A stretch of DNA of 64,000 nucleotides, taken from Mobula hypostoma. Taxonomy: Eukaryota. Shown piece after piece: positions 1 to 13,834 of the stretch; within the stretch, counting starts at the first letter, position 1; each line of letters opens with the position of its first letter. The DNA is taken from NCBI RefSeq assembly GCF_963921235.1, contig NC_086108.1:17236001-17300000 (forward strand), given 5' to 3'. Under the pieces are notes generated by a model. That model saw only the letters and a list, made by a program, of their open reading frames with translations, did not search any database and was not told the DNA's origin. The position numbers were made by a program, and so were the translations under genes.

Positions 1-680
1 CTCTGGGGGTTCATCTGGTCCAGGTGATTTGTTTCTCTTTACACCTGCTTTTCAAGCACCTCCTCCCTAGTAATAGCAATTGCAAGCACTCTGCCCCCTG
101 ACATACTCAAACTTCTGGCATACACTCTCCAACACTGGTGTCTTCCACAGTGGTACAAAATACTTATTCAGTTTGACTGTCATTACTATCCAAAACTATT
201 ATCTCTCCAGTGTCATTTTTGCAGTCTTAATATCTGCTCTCACTACTTTTATTCTTAATATCTGAAACAAAACTTTTGGTATTCCCTTGCTATTGTTGGC
301 TAGCTTACCTTCATATTTCAACTCCCACCCCCATTATGGCTTTTTTAGTTGGTTTTCATGTTTCCAATATTCTAACTTCCCTCCAAATTTTGCTCTATTA
401 TATTCCATCTTCTGCTTGCATGTTGGCTTTAACTTGTCAGCCTATGTTATCTTGCCTTTGGAATACTATGTTGGGATGTATGTATCCTGCAGCCTTTGAA
501 TTTCTCCCAGAAATTCCAGCCTTTGCTGCTCTGCCATCATCCCTGCTAGTGTCCCCTTCCAATCAACTTTGGCTGGTCTCAATAATTCCCTTGCTCCACT
601 GTAATACTGATACATCTGACTACTTTAGCTTCTCCCTCTCAAATTGCAGGATGACCACAGCCCATATTTCCAACTGATTA
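1..680 (-). mobile_element. Degenerate CR1 LINE ORF2 fragment (endonuclease-RT linker)
   Basis: Start (ctgggggttcatctggtccaggtgat) matches the KSPGPD-encoding segment of other CR1 copies (e.g. 8211-8240); no intact frame. Confidence 0.6.
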
Positions 681-1117
681 TCCTCCTGAATCCAAGATTC
701 CACCATTTTGTTTTTGTATTGTCAAATGTGTTCAGGGCTTGGTGTTTCGAAGATGTAAATCAGCCTTTGGGTTGGTGAGCCTGAAAGTTGAGTTAAGTGT
801 AAATTGTTCAGAAGAGCAAGAGTTGGAGGCTGTCCATTTAGGAGTTAAGTATGCCTTTTTTTTGTAATAAAACCTGGGCAGAATCTGCCCTGGCTTAGAG
901 TTGATTATTTGAACAGACAGAAATGAGGCTAAGTGGATGTGAATGAGCTGGAGTAATTCAATGAAATAACATGTTTCTGCTTTGAGGGGAGCTGCGTTTC
1001 CTCACTTTTCAGCAAACTGGGGTTTAATCCTGACCTCTGGTGAAAGGGTATCTAGATTAGGGCAGCAGAGTGGTATAGCTGTTAGACCTGCTGCCTCACT
1101 TCTACAATAAACTTGAA

Positions 1118-1620
1118 GGTTCAAAGTAAGTTTACTCTCCAAGTATGTATATGTCACTAAATACTACCCTGAGATTCATTTTCTTGCAGGTATTCATGGT
1201 GGAACAGAGTGCAATGAATTAATAGAAAAACCACACAGACTGAGAAATTGTGCAAATGCAGAATTAAATAATAATAAATAAATAACACAATGTGAGTTGT
1301 AAAATCTTTAAAAGTTAGTCAAGAGGTTCTGTTCAATGATTGACTCAGTTTTGTGTTAAGTGAATATGTCCATGCTGATTCAGGAGCCTGACAATTGAAG
1401 GGTAGGACATAACTTCTTGAACCTGGTGGTGTGTACCTAAGGCTCCTGTACCTCCTTCCCGATGGCTGCAGTGAGAAGAAAGCTAGTTGGGACAGTAGGG
1501 GTTCTTGGATGGATGCTACTTTATTGTGGATGTGCTCAATGGCGGGGATGGTTTTCTGTGATTAACTTGGCTGTATCGGCCACTGTTTTTCTGTTTTTGG
1601 GCATTGGTGTTTCTATTCCA
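1118..1620 (-). mobile_element. Rex1/Babar-type LINE, 3' end fragment
   Basis: 1118-1190 is a diverged reverse complement of the 3' UTR of the Rex element at 6195-6265 (gaaaatgaatctcagggtagta...ctttgaac). Confidence 0.6.
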
Positions 1621-1784
1621 ACCAATCAAGATACTGACCTTGGCACTATCTGGAGTTCACATGTAACTGAACTTACCCCAGGATTTGCATCCAATCAGTT
1701 AACAGGCTTGGCAACTTGGAGCTACAGGGTGTATGTGGGTGGCAGGAGAACAAATGGTGGTTTGTGGGAGCTTGCATCATCTTC

Positions 1785-2075
1785 TGGTGAGCTCATGGGT
1801 TTCTGATAGATGCTCTGGTTTCTTTCCCACATGCCAGAGATGTGGAAATTAATTGCACACTGTAAATAGTCTCCCAGTGTGCTGGTGAGCCTAATTTCGG
1901 GGGGGGGGGGGAGTGTGGTGAGGTGTGAGAGCAGATGATGGCAATGTAGAATTTGTGTAAATCAGGTTCCCAACTTATTTCATGCCATGGACCCCTATTA
2001 TAAATGGATATTTGATAGTTAGCATAGATTTGATGAATTGACTGGTCTATTTCTGCACTGTATTTCTCTCTGGGT
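1785..2075 (+). mobile_element. Degenerate V-SINE (HE1-like) with CR1-type tail, containing a micro-MITE remnant at about 1962-2000
   Basis: tgggttt..gatgctctggtttctttcccaca core shared with 43907-43945. Confidence 0.5.
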
Positions 2076-3189
2076 TATAATTGATCTTGGTATGCCCTAG
2101 ACATGAGATCAATAAAATATGTGAATTGTATTTCACACAAGGAAATAAGTTAGCTAATTTTGACATAGTGTAATTCTGACAGCACTGAGAAGTGATCAGA
2201 TTTCCTTGATGCTTGGTTGGGGGGGGGGGTTGTACTGTAAATCCTGGTTTTCCCAATTTTATATTATCACTTACTGCCTTGCAGTGGGAGGAAATCAGCT
2301 GATTTGAGTACTCAAAGAAAGTTCCTACCAGTGTTGGTGACAACCATGCTGGCAAGTGGGGGTTTCTGAAGGTTTGTCTCAGCCACTGGTTCCCTCTGCT
2401 CCAGGTTTCAGTCAGGACTGTGCACTTCATTCCCTGGATGGGGACTACATCTGCTGTCCATAACCTACTCAATGACACAGGTTTATTCAGCAGGATCAAA
2501 GTAATTGGGATTCCCCCCCAAACCACCGTGCCCCTATGTGTGTCAAGAGAGGGAACATCTGACACTTGACTATGCCCAGTTCTAGCAGTAAAAACTGAGA
2601 TCCTATTTTCCAATTTTGGCGGCTGGTCAAAGGCTCAAGTTTTGCCGAGGCTCTGTGGTGCTCAATACCACTGTTGGGACTTGTTTACTATGACTAACTG
2701 CTGTCAGGAATGGCTGAGGATTCATATTCTCCTGCCCATCCAGTCTCTGATCAGGTTCATACATGTGGGGAGTCAGCTAGATACAGGTAGCTCTGATTAT
2801 TTGTATATGACTGTGGACATTGCAAAGTCAGTATTAATTCCCCTTTTGGTGCTGGTGGAGAGTTACAGAAGTGGTTACAGTGCAGATAAACTCAACACTA
2901 TTCGGTAAGAAATTCCAGGGTTCCAGTCTAAAGTCTCTTTTCAAGTCAGCACAGTAAGGGAATTTGAAATGGGTAGTTCTCTGTACTTCCTGGCGCTAGT
3001 GGAGTTTGCATGTTTGTGTGTACTGTTTAAGTGTTGCTGCAACGTATCTTGTTGATTGCCCTGCACTTGTATTGGGAGAAATGTGCACAAGGAGGGGGCC
3101 AGAGATGGCCAGGCAGCCAATTTATTATTCACTCTCAACACCATTCTCTTGCCTTGTAACCTTTAACGCTTACTGCATTATAACTTGTC

Positions 3190-3908
3190 AGCCATTGCTT
3201 TAAATATACACAATGACTGGTCTCCACAGCTGTTGGTGGCAATGAATTCCACAGATTTGCCATTCTCCTCTTGGAGGGGCATTATTTTATTCTGAGTCTA
3301 TGCCCTCTTATCCTAGACTTTCCCCACTACTGGAAACATTCTCTCCACATCCACTGTATTCAGGCCTTCTTCTGGGGATTTACCATGTGAAATGTAGTTT
3401 ATGATCTTATGAATTATCACATGATCACATCACATTGTTATATCACAATATTACATAATGAAATGTATTTAAAATCACACTTAAAGAATTATGGTTATAT
3501 CTTGTGTAATACTGGAGGCTGCTTACTTGTTTAGCAGTCTCATGTGTGCCACTCTGTTAAAGGGCTTCTGAAAATTCAAATAAATAACATCCTTTTACTC
3601 CTGCCTGTAACTTCCTCAAAGAATTTCAACAGATTTATCATCAACATCTCTTAAGGAAACTATGCTGACTTTTGTTTATTCTATTGTACCACCAAGTACC
3701 CTAAAACCTCGTCCTTAATAATGGGCTCTAACATTTTACCAACCACGAGAAAGACAGTCTATGATTTTCTGCCTTTTGCCTCCCTCCTTCCTTAAAGAGT
3801 GAAGTGACATTTGCAATTTTCCAGTCCTCTGGAACTGTTCCTGACTGGTGATTTTTGAAACACTGCTAGTGCCTCTATAATCTCTTCAGCTACCTCTTTT
3901 AGAACCCT
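3190..3908 (-). mobile_element. Degenerate CR1 LINE fragments (RT and 3' part)
   Basis: 3760-3908 resembles 8055-8210 (DWKIANVTPLFKKG..NYRP region); 3190-3370 resembles 6830-7020. Confidence 0.7.
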
Positions 3909-4765
3909 TTCCAAAAACAGACTTTATTTATGATTTAAAAAAAACATATATACGAAGGAAGAAACAATGCGAAATTAAAACTTGTACATTTGAGGACAGC
4001 ATATTTAATGGAAACATTAAAGAGAAAAGGCACAAGCAAACATAGCAGAATTGCCACTCGTGTAGTTCCTTGGGGTGATACTACCTTCGCTTGTTTGAGG
4101 AGCTTTCGCCCACCTAATTCGGCCCCTTCATTTGTGGTAGCAGAAGGTGTCTATACAGTGGTCCACACCAGAGTCTGTACTGTTGCGTATATGCACGCCT
4201 GCAGCCTGGAGTGTGCCAGCCTACAGCATGCCCTTCAGATGTCTCACTGTGCTGCAGACCAAAAAGCATCTTTCTCTGAATTGATGACCTTCCAGTAGCA
4301 CTTAATGTTCGTCCTGGTGGGCATCCCTGGAAGCAGTCCTGAAGGTAAAGGGGATATTGGATCAGATGGGCCAGTTACCGAAGAGCACGGTTTTGTTCTT
4401 CCTGGCCCCAAATGCCATCTCGAGTTAGTGGTAGATGCTGCTCAACCCATGAACTGACCGTGGATCCAAGCAGAAGATGGCAACATTTTTCTTGCATAAG
4501 TGGGGTTTTGACTTGTGTGCCTGCATTGCCTGGTAGCATCTTCCCACTTATACTTGCGGCCTTCCTGATGGATGAGCAAAGGGTTCTTTGTAGCATACAT
4601 ACAAGACCGGAGAGTGGACGACCCTGCCTGATCCCTGACTTGATGGGAAAGCTATCTGACTCCCACCCATTAATTTGAACTGCACCATGAGAGTCAGTGT
4701 GGAGGAGCAAGATCCAATTTCTGATTCCCTTCCCAAGATCCTTTTTGGAGAGCATGCCCATCATT
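3909..4765 (-). mobile_element. Tx1/L1-clade LINE, internally deleted RT plus 3' end
   Basis: ORF 4375..4764 reads AVQINGWESDSFPIKSGIRQGRPLS...LPGNAGTQVK, typical of Tx1/L1 RT (SGVRQGCPLSP). KDAxW-like C-terminal remnant near 4260; AATAAA on the minus strand near 3924-3929. Confidence 0.8.
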
Positions 4766-5044
4766 TATTATTTTGTACATCATTATTGCACATTATTGCA
4801 AATTGATAAATAATATTATTAGTTAAGTCTGCACACTGCTGACTTTAGATGTTTTTTAAATGTTGCTGCTCTAACAAAAGAATTTCCCCCTCAGCAATAA
4901 AGTATTTATTATTATTATTATTTGTGATATCCTGTTGAAAACTTTCTCCTTGTCTGAGCATCCACCCCTCTGACCTGCGCACAGGTTCTTGAATTGTGTG
5001 TGACCGTCTGAGATTTTCCAGCCTGATGTCCTCCTTTTCCTGCT

Positions 5045-6267
5045 TCTGCTACATACATCAGGATGCTGTTTATCAATTATAGCTCAGCATCCAATACCAT
5101 TATCCCCTCAAAACTAATCAATGAGCTCCAAGATCTGGCTTCAATCCCTCCTTGTGCAATTGGATCCTTGATTTCCTCACTTGCCGACTCCAGTCAGTTC
5201 AGTTCGGCAAAAACATCTCTACAATCGCCATCAGCACTAGTGCACCACGGTTGTGTGCTTAGCTCTCTGCTCTACTTGATTTACACCTATGACTGTGTGG
5301 CTAAGTACAGCTCCAACACCATATACAAGTTTGCCGATGACACCACTGTTGTGGGCTGTATCGAAGGGGATGAATCAGCATACAGGAGAGAGATTGAAAA
5401 CTTGGCTGAGTGGTGTCATAACAACAACCAATGTCAGCAAGGCTAAGGAACTGATTGTAGACTTCAGGAGAGGGAAATTGGAGGTCCATGAGCCAGTCCT
5501 CATTGGAGGATCAGATGTGGAGATGGTTAGCAACTTCAGTTTCCTGGGTATTACTATTTCAGAGGACCTGTCCAGAACCTAGTACGTAAATGCAATTGCG
5601 AAGAAAGCGCCACAAGTGCTTTTATTTCCTTAGATTTAGAGATTTGGCACAATATCAAAACCTTTGACAAACTTCTATAGATGTGTAGTGGAGAGTGTAT
5701 TCACTGGCTGCATCTCTGCCTGGTATGGAATCACTAACTGCCTTTGAACAGAAAATCCCACAAAATGTAGTAGATTCAGCCCTGTATGTCATGGGTAAAG
5801 CCCTCCCAACCATTGAGAACATCTACATGAAATGCTGTCACAGGAAAGCAGCATCCATCATCAGAGATCCTCACCACCCAGTTCATGTTCTTTTCTTGAT
5901 GATACCATCAGGTAGAATGTACATGAGCCTCAGGACTCACACCAACAGGTTCAAAAACTCCACAACCATCAGGCTCTTGAACAAAAGGGGATAACGACAC
6001 TCAGTTGCCCATCCATTGAGATGTTCCACAATCAATGGACTCACTTTAAGGACTCTTTATCTCATTATTTCATGTTCTCATTATTTGTTATTTATTTATA
6101 TTTGCATTTGCACAGTTTGTTGTCTTCTGAACCCTGGTTGATATTTCATTGATCCTGTTATAGCTGCAATTCCTTGGATTTACTGAGTATGCCTTCAGGA
6201 AAATGAATCTCAGGGTAGTATGTGGCGACATATATGTACTCCAATAACAAAATTTACTTTGAACTTT
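5045..6267 (+). mobile_element. Rex1/Babar-clade LINE, 5'-truncated, frameshifted RT
   Basis: ORFs 5063, 5289 and 5695 give [54 protein letters not shown] and RDPHHP..TNRFKNS, followed by a 3' UTR. Confidence 0.9.
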
Positions 6268-6675
6268 GTTTATTGATGATAATAATGCTGTCAGCCAGAG
6301 ACACTGCAGTATACTTCCAGAAGATCCAGAGTCATCTAATCCCACAGAAGCAGGTGCAACTCTGCTGATAAGTGGTCGCTTCGAGGAGTTTCATTTATGG
6401 CAAGGGAATGGATGGAACTAGTTGGCACCTCAAGGGACAGTGGCTAATCCAGGCTCTCCTGCTTATTGTTGTCCAGCACCCTAGTCTGGAAGACTGAGCC
6501 TGCCTACGGTATATTGTTGCACAAAGTTATGCTAGAGTGAATGAAGAGGTGAAAGAAACTAACGATAGTTAAAATGGTGTATTGGGACTGAGAGGACATA
6601 ACTCCCAAGGTCCTGTAATCCCCAGGATCTATGACTTTAAAGTGAATAGGCTGGTTGTTATCACCAAAAAATTTG

Positions 6676-8430
6676 ACCATAAGATATAGGAGCAGAATTG
6701 GGTCATCTGGCCCATCGAGTCTGCTCCGCCATTCAATTACAGCCGATCCTTTTTTTTCTCCTCCTCAACCCCAGTTCCCAGCCTTCTCCCCGTAACCTTT
6801 GATGCCATGTCCTATCAAGAACCTATCAATCTCTGCCTTAAATACACCCAACGACCTGGCCTCCACAGCTGCATCAGGCAGCAAATTCCACAAGTTCACC
6901 ACCCTGTGGCTAAAGAAATTTTCTACATTTCTGTTTTGAAAGGGCACCCCTCTATCCTGAGGCTGTGCCCTCTTGTCCTAGACTGTCCCACCATGGGAAA
7001 CATCTACTCTCTCTAGGCCTTTCAACATTCGAAAGGTTTCAATGAGATCCCCCCCTCATCCTTCTGAATTCTAGTGAGTACAGACCCAGAGCCATCAAAC
7101 ATTCCTCGTATTGATAACCCTTTCATTCCTGTAATCATCCCTGTGAACCTGTCCTGGTCCTTCAATTCCAACACATTTTTTTCTAAGGTGAGGGGCCCAA
7201 AACCGTTCACAATATTCAAGATGAGGCCTCACTAGTGCCTTATAAACCCTCAGCATCACATCCTTGCTCTTGTGTTTTAGACCTCTTGAAATTAATACTA
7301 ACATGGCATTTGCCTTCCTCACCACCTACTCAACCTGCAAGTTAACCTTTAGGGTGTTCTGCACAAGGACTCCTAAGTCCCTTTGCATCTCAGATTTTTG
7401 GATTTTCTTCCTGTTTAGAAAATAGTCCGCACATTTATTTCTACTACCAAAGTGCATGACAATGCATCTTCCAATGTTGCATTTCATTTGCCATTTTCTT
7501 GCCTATTCTCCTAATCTGTCTAAGTCTTTTTGCATCCTACCCGTTTCTTCAACACTACCTGCCCCTCCGCCAATCTTCGTATCATCTGAAAACTTGATAA
7601 CAAAGCCATTTATTCTATCATCTAAATTATTTATGTACAGCATAAGAAGAAGTGGTCCCAGCACCAACTCCTGGGGAACACCACTGGTCACTGGCAGCCA
7701 ACCAGGAAAGGATCCTTTTATTCCCATTTGCTGCCTCCTACTAATCAGCCAATGATCTAACCATGTTAGTAACTTTCCTGTAATACCAAGGGCTCTTAAC
7801 TGGGTAAGCAGCCTGTGTGTGACACCTAGTCAAAGACCTTCTGAAAGTCCAAATATGCACAATTCACTGCACCCCCTTTACCTATCCTGCATGTAACCTC
7901 CTCAAAGAATTCCGACAGGTTCATCAGGCAATATTTTCTCGGAAGGAAACCATGCTGACTTTGCACTATCTTGTCCTGTGTCACCAAGTACTCCATCACG
8001 TCATCTTTAACAATTGTCTCTAACATCTTCCCAACCACTGAGGTCAGCTAACTGATCTATAATTTCCTTTCTGCTGCCTTCCTCCTTTCTTAAAGAGTGG
8101 AGTAACATTTGCAATTTTCTAGCCCTCTGGCACCATCCCAGAGTTCAATGCTTTTTGAAAGATCATTACTAATGCCACCACAATCTCTAATGCTACCTCT
8201 TTCAGAACCCCTGGGGTTCAGTTCATCTGGTCCAGGTGACTTATGTACCGTTAGGTGTTTTAGCTTTTTGAGCCACTTCTCTCCTGTAATTGTAACTACA
8301 CCCACTTCCCTTCTTTCACACACTACAACATCAGGAATACTGCCAGTGTCTTCCACAGTGAAAACTGATGAGAAATACTCATTTAGTTCATCAGCCATCT
8401 CCTTGTCTCCTGTTATTATTTCTCCTGCCT
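6676..8430 (-). mobile_element. CR1 LINE, 5'-truncated (related to the 38034-41129 subfamily)
   Basis: ORFs with ELNEYFSSVFT, KSPGPD, YLDFQKVFD, VTSGVPQ, KFSDDTKIGG and LVRPHLEYC; 3' tail gaccataaga at 6676. Confidence 0.95.
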
Positions 8431-9365
8431 ATCCAGAATTAGTAGATTCTAGTGTGGTTCAGATAGACTGGAAAGTTGAAACTCTAACCTCATTACTTAA
8501 CAAAAGAGGAAGAAAGAAAGTAAAGAACTATAGACAAGGTAGCATGCTATCAGTTGTAGAAAAAATAGTGGAATCAATTATTTAAGAAATGCTAACAGGA
8601 AAATTGGAAAATAATGAAAGACTGGGCAAAGTTGAGATGGATTTATGAAATAAATCTGTTAGAATTTCTTGAGGATGTAATTAGCAGAATAGCTGAAGAC
8701 AAACCAGTTGATGTGTGTATCTGGACATTCAAGGCCTTTAATAAGATGCTATACAAAAGATTATCGCAGAAAATTGGTGTGCAGAATATTGTGGGTATTT
8801 TACTGAGGAGGACTAAGGAATAGTTAATGGACAGAGAATAGAGAGCAGGAATATATGGGTTAATGGGGTGGGCAGTGATCACAGTCTGTTGCAGGAACTG
8901 GTGCTGCTCACAATTAATATGAATGATTTGAGTGAGAAGATCAAGTGTAATATATCTAATTTTGGTTTATCGTCGACTGAGAGATTAAGCTAGGATTTAG
9001 AAGAATGCAAGGGCATCTCAAAAAATGTACAGAATTCTTTTCGGGTTAACAAAGTGTATATGGAGTTGATGTTTCCTCGTGATTGGGTAGACTTGAACCA
9101 GTGATCACAGTGTCAAGATAATGAGGTTCTCTGAGATAAACAGAAATTTCTTCACCCAGAGGTTGATAGATTTTTGGAAGTCTCTGCATATGGGTTGTAG
9201 AGGCTAAGTCACTTAAGACACAAGATAGATCAATCAATTTTTAAATACTAAAGTCAAGGACTATGGGCTGAGTATAGGAAAGTGACATAGATGCCTATTG
9301 TTGTGAAATGCCAAAATGGGTGAGAGGGCTTGAGAAGTTTATTTTTGATTCTAATATTATGTTCT
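8431..9365 (+). mobile_element. Old CR1 RT fragment; its upstream part probably lies at about 6570-6675, split by the CR1 above
   Basis: DWKVETLTSLLNKRGRKKVKNYR and NLLEFLEDVISRIAEDKPVDV; decayed 3' tail at 9340-9365. Confidence 0.75.
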
Positions 9366-9519
9366 TTTTAAAATTACACAACATCTCTCCTAAAAGCACC
9401 GAGGGGGTGCTTCATCATGTGCACTAGAGTCATGCACGAAGATGGTTCACCAATTAAAAACAATCATACTAGGAATTGCTGTTAGATCAAATTCTTATTA
9501 TCCAGTTTAATAGAAAGTG

Positions 9520-10810
9520 ATGGAAGGGCAATAATTAAGCAGCCAGTTTGTCAAGTATGAGAGGGAGAATCCTTCATTGTTTGATGATCGATGAGGGTGG
9601 AGCAGTGGATGTTGTCTACATGGATTTTAGTAAGGCATTTAATAAGGTCCCTCATGATAGTCCCATTCAGAAAATTAAGTGCACAGAATCCACAGTAATG
9701 TTGTTTTTTGTATTCATAACTCGCTTGCCCATAGAAGATAGAGGGTAGTGATCAATGCGTCTTATCAGGCTGGAGGTCTTTTCAAAGGATATATTGGGAT
9801 CTTTGCTGTTTGTGATTTATATAAATGACCTGGATGAAAACATGGAATGGTGGATTAGTAAATTTGCGAAGTCATAAAGATTGGTGAGATTGAGAATAGA
9901 AGATTGGCAAAAGATAGAGTGGGATCAGTTCCAGATACGTGCAGAGAAATGGCAAATGGAGTTTAATCTAACCGAGGGTGAGGTGTTGCAGTCTGGGACA
10001 TACAGTACTCTGCAAAAGTCATATATAGGAGGGAGCGGGTAGCACCAGAGAGACATTCAATAAACCAATATATGGAGTCAAGTTATCTTGCCTGGTGTCT
10101 CAGGGCTGGGTGTGTCTGCACCTGCACCACCTCCACCCCTGGCAATCCTTCTCTGCCACCTGTCGCACTCCACTCCAGCAGTACTCCACTCTTGCCATTC
10201 TCAACATCCTTTGCTCCCACCAGATTTACGAGCTCGCTCTCTGCTCCACATTGACAAATACAGCACTATGTGGAAGTCTTAGGCACCCTAGCTATATATA
10301 GATTTGTAATATTGCATTCATTTCCTGTCACCTCATTCGAACAAGCGTGTGAAGGCTTTGGAGAGGGTGTTGCAGAGGTTCACCAGGATGCTGCCTGGAT
10401 TAGAGAGTATGTGCTATAAGGAGAGGTTGAACAACCTGATTTGTTTTCTCTGGAGTGGTAGGGCAGAGGGGAGATCTGATAGAGCTTTATCAAAATGATG
10501 AGAGGCATAAATAGAGCATCTGTTTTCTTAAAGTTGAACTCTAATACCAGAGGGCATGCATTTGAGGTGAGAGGGAGAAAGTTCAATGTGTGCAGTAAGT
10601 GTTTTACACAGGGATTGGTGTGCACCTGGAATGCGCTGCCAGGGTTGTGGTGGAGGAAGATACAACAGAGGCTTTTAGATTGGCACATGAATATGTAGAG
10701 AATGGAGGGATATGGATAATGTGCGGATAGAAAAGATAGGTGCTATTAGTGTAAGTAGTTTGGCTTAATGTTTGGCTGAAGAGACTGTTCCTGTGTAGTA
10801 CTGCTTTATG
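9520..10810 (+). mobile_element. Old CR1 RT and 3' fragment, interrupted at about 10001-10300
   Basis: [22 protein letters not shown] in ORF 9548 and TRGHAFEVRGRKF in ORF 10495. Confidence 0.8.
10001..10300. mobile_element. Possible non-autonomous Tc1/mariner-type DNA element
   Basis: Two related TA+CAG-starting motifs (tacagtactctgcaaaagtc at 10001; tacagcactatgtggaagtcttaggcac at 10259) flank non-CR1 sequence that interrupts a CR1. Confidence 0.35.
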
Positions 10811-11689
10811 CTCAATGTTAATCTCATCATCTGCCTGGAGGAAGTTACAGTGATAGGGAGAGGTAATTGATGGAAATTTTAAAGCTGTCATGTTGCTGTC
10901 CTGGGAGCCAACATTGATCTCTGAGTACAAGGAACTGTTGTGAGAGAGTTTAACTCATTTTGCTTGAGCACAGGATTATGAATATATAAGTCTGGAGGTT
11001 GATCTGGTGAGCTCCAGGCAAGTCCGGGGCAGAGACACAATATTACTCTTTTCCTTTCAGCTGGAGGATAATGCATGATTTTGTCAGAAGCATTCAGCAA
11101 TCTGTATTATTCTGAGGAACTCCCATGTAAGTCATCAGCACTTAGCAAACAGTACACCTTTGTGGCCTATCTGACTTTCAAATGTGTAATTCAATCCAAT
11201 GTAGACATTCTCATATTTCCAGAGCAAGTGTTGATATTCCAACCTAAAAATTTAAATCTACCCTACTTCTGAGGGTTATTGTTCTTCTTGCACAGGGAAG
11301 CATGGGGATCAACTGAGGTCAAGACTGCTGTATGCTGAATGGTTAAATAGTTCACATGCACTGACATTTCTTGTACTTCAACCTGTCTGCACTTTGTCCT
11401 TACTTTTGTCTTGCCCAGACTTATCCTTTCGTCCCACTTCCAAAACAGGTCAGGCAGGAAGCTTTCCTGTATGGATTTGCCATTTAGCAGGAGGTTGGGG
11501 AGAAAGAATGCAGCTTTTGGAATTCTTTCTGCATTACATATTTCAGCTCAGGAAATCAACCCCAGATTTTGGACTCTGTGACTGCCAATTATATTGCATA
11601 GTTTACTAACTCCTCTGTTAGGCAACTGTAAGCTCTGCTGTTAAGGTAGTGCAGTGGAGGAACCCTGGTGGGGCACAGTCATTTTTGAA

Positions 11690-12165
11690 CATTGAAGGCT
11701 GTATGCATGATTCTGGAAAGAAAGATTTGTGTGTGTGTTTGTTTGTCTTTTCTGTGTAAACATTGTGAATTTCGTGTGTGTTGTAATTTGTGTGTGTGGT
11801 GTTCATGTTTTGACAATTGCAGTCCATATCTGTAATATTTATTTGTTGTATGGGAAAGCACGTGTGCAGTAAATGTGCATTTGGTAGTATAGAGTGTATG
11901 TGTGGTCTGGGTATAAATGGCTCAGTGTATATATTGGTCTTTGCATCTCCCTGTATGTGATGTGTGGTGTGTATCTGATTCCAGTGTCGATTGCTCTTAT
12001 TTGTATGTGATATACTGTATGTCAATGTTTTGTGTCTGACTGGTATGCTTCTGGGGCATTTGTACATATGTGCAGGTTTTGATTATATTTGCGGTGTTAA
12101 TATAATTGTGCATCTAGGGTATGCTTGGTACCTGCATGTGTTTTTTGTGTGTATGTGTTTGGGCA
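11690..12165 (+). repeat. Degenerate TG-rich low-complexity tract (similar tract at 14740-15010)
   Basis: Dense tgtg/tgta/ttgt words; antisense ORFs are H/T/N-rich artefacts. Confidence 0.7.
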
Positions 12166-12344
12166 TTGTCAGCAGTGCCTTTAATAGCACAGGTGATGAA
12201 GTCATTAATGTTAACAAAAACTTTACCACAAGATCAAAGTTCAGTGTGAAAATTCTCAAGGGGAACTTTTCTCACACAGTGCCTCGCAGAAAGCCTGTTG
12301 ACCCCCCCAGTCAACAGGAGTGATTTTATTAAATGGACTACTGT

Positions 12345-12640
12345 AAGGTTCATCATAATTGATACTTGTGAAGGGACCCTTGGCTTCCTCACCAAGAGAA
12401 CCAGGACAAGTTGATGAAAAGATCCTGACATTGGAGAACTAATTATTTGCAAAGGCAAGACATTTTTTTGGACCAGAAACTGCACCAATTCATCTCTATT
12501 GGAAACTGAAGGCAAAGGTCTCACAGAAAATCAGTGAGCTAAAGCACAGATGGATAAAGCACAGGAGGTTCAGCAGCTCATTAACAACCATGAATTGTCG
12601 TAGAATTTTCAACCCTGTTAAAGCTATCTGTGGCCTTGAC
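12345..12640 (+). mobile_element. Old RTE-clade LINE fragment (endonuclease-RT linker)
   Basis: Decayed CEGTLGF..R.QD..DE.DPDI and LKAKV..ELK..EVQQL..VKAICG, matching the RTE/BovB linker pattern. Confidence 0.55.
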
Positions 12641-12879
12641 AGTGCAAAATTCGTCCAGAGTGAAAAAGCTAAAGTTTTGAATTTCCTCCAAAGCACTGTG
12701 TTGTAACTGGTTTTAGACAGCTTTATTTTATGTAGAGTGTTTTGGAATCATTTATTTGATGGTGCAACTTTACTGTTACAAGCTACATGCAATTGTCTAA
12801 CCAAATTAAACTATAAACTAAATCAGTGTTTCCAAAGCAAAAAGCATACATTGCCACTTTCCTCAAAGCTATTATGTCA

Positions 12880-13715
12880 CCTGATTTCCTGATAATCTCC
12901 TCAAAATGCTGTATAAAATTGATTAGACACAACCTACCACACACAAAGCCTTGTTGACTACCCCTAATCAGCTTCTATCTATCCAAAAACTTGTATAAAC
13001 TGTCCTTTAGAATAACTTCCAATGATTTACCCACTTCTGACATCAGGCTCACCAGCCTATAATTTCCCAGCTTATTCTTAGAACCTTACTCGAACAACAG
13101 AACAGCAATATCTATCCTCCAGTCCTCTGGGACCTCACCTGTAGTTAAGGATGTTTTAAATACCTCTACTAAGGCCCCAGCAATTTCTGCACTAGTCTCC
13201 CACAAGAACCAAGGGCACACCTTGTCAGGCCTTGTGGACTTATCCACCCTAATTTGGCTCAAGACAGCAAGCATCTCCTGTTCTGTAATCCAGATACAGC
13301 CGATGACCTCACTACTGATGCTAAAAAATCCATTTAATATCTCCCCCATCTCTTTTGGTATAGACCACCATGCTGATATTCAAGTGTACAAATTTTGTCC
13401 CTTGCTAATTTTTTACTCTTACTGTAGAAGTCCTTGGGATCCTCTAACACTTGATCTGCCAGAACAATCCCATGTCTTCTTTTAGACCTGTTGATTTCCC
13501 TCTTAAGTGTTCACTTGCATTTATTATACTCTGCAAATACCTCATTTGTTCCTTGCTGCCCATACCTCCTATCACCTCCTTCTTCGTCTTAACCTGCGCC
13601 TTAATGTCCTGCAAAAACCAAGGTTCCCTAAACATATTATCCATACCTTTCATTCCATCTCTGAACTCCCAATGTTTCATTTCTGAAGGTCTCCCACTTA
13701 CCAAGTTGTTTCTTG
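12880..13715 (-). mobile_element. CR1 LINE internal fragment
   Basis: IRVDKSTRPD..GEVPEDWRI (ORF 13086) and REPWFLQDIKAQVK (ORF 13444). Confidence 0.8.
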
Positions 13716-13750
13716 TAGTCACGTGTCGAGCAGTTACCAAGCATCTGGAC

Positions 13751-13831
13751 CAGGGGTTCCCAGATGGGGGCCCATGGACCGCTCAGTTAATGCCAGAGGT
13801 TCATGGCATAATAAAAGGTTGGGAACCTCTG
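13751..13831. mobile_element. hAT-like micro-MITE (81 bp)
   Basis: Terminal inverted repeats (TIRs) caggggttccca / tgggaacctctg; same family as 43458 and 18310; no clear TSD. Confidence 0.65.
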
Positions 13832-13834
13832 ATG

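Noticed and set aside
2047..2908. 188-aa minus ORF and 88-aa plus ORF as a host gene or LINE domain
   Set aside because: Only fleeting motif echoes (LTETW; a CPY..C..EH stretch on the plus strand) without the surrounding family motifs. Possibly very old L1/Tx1 debris, but not supportable.
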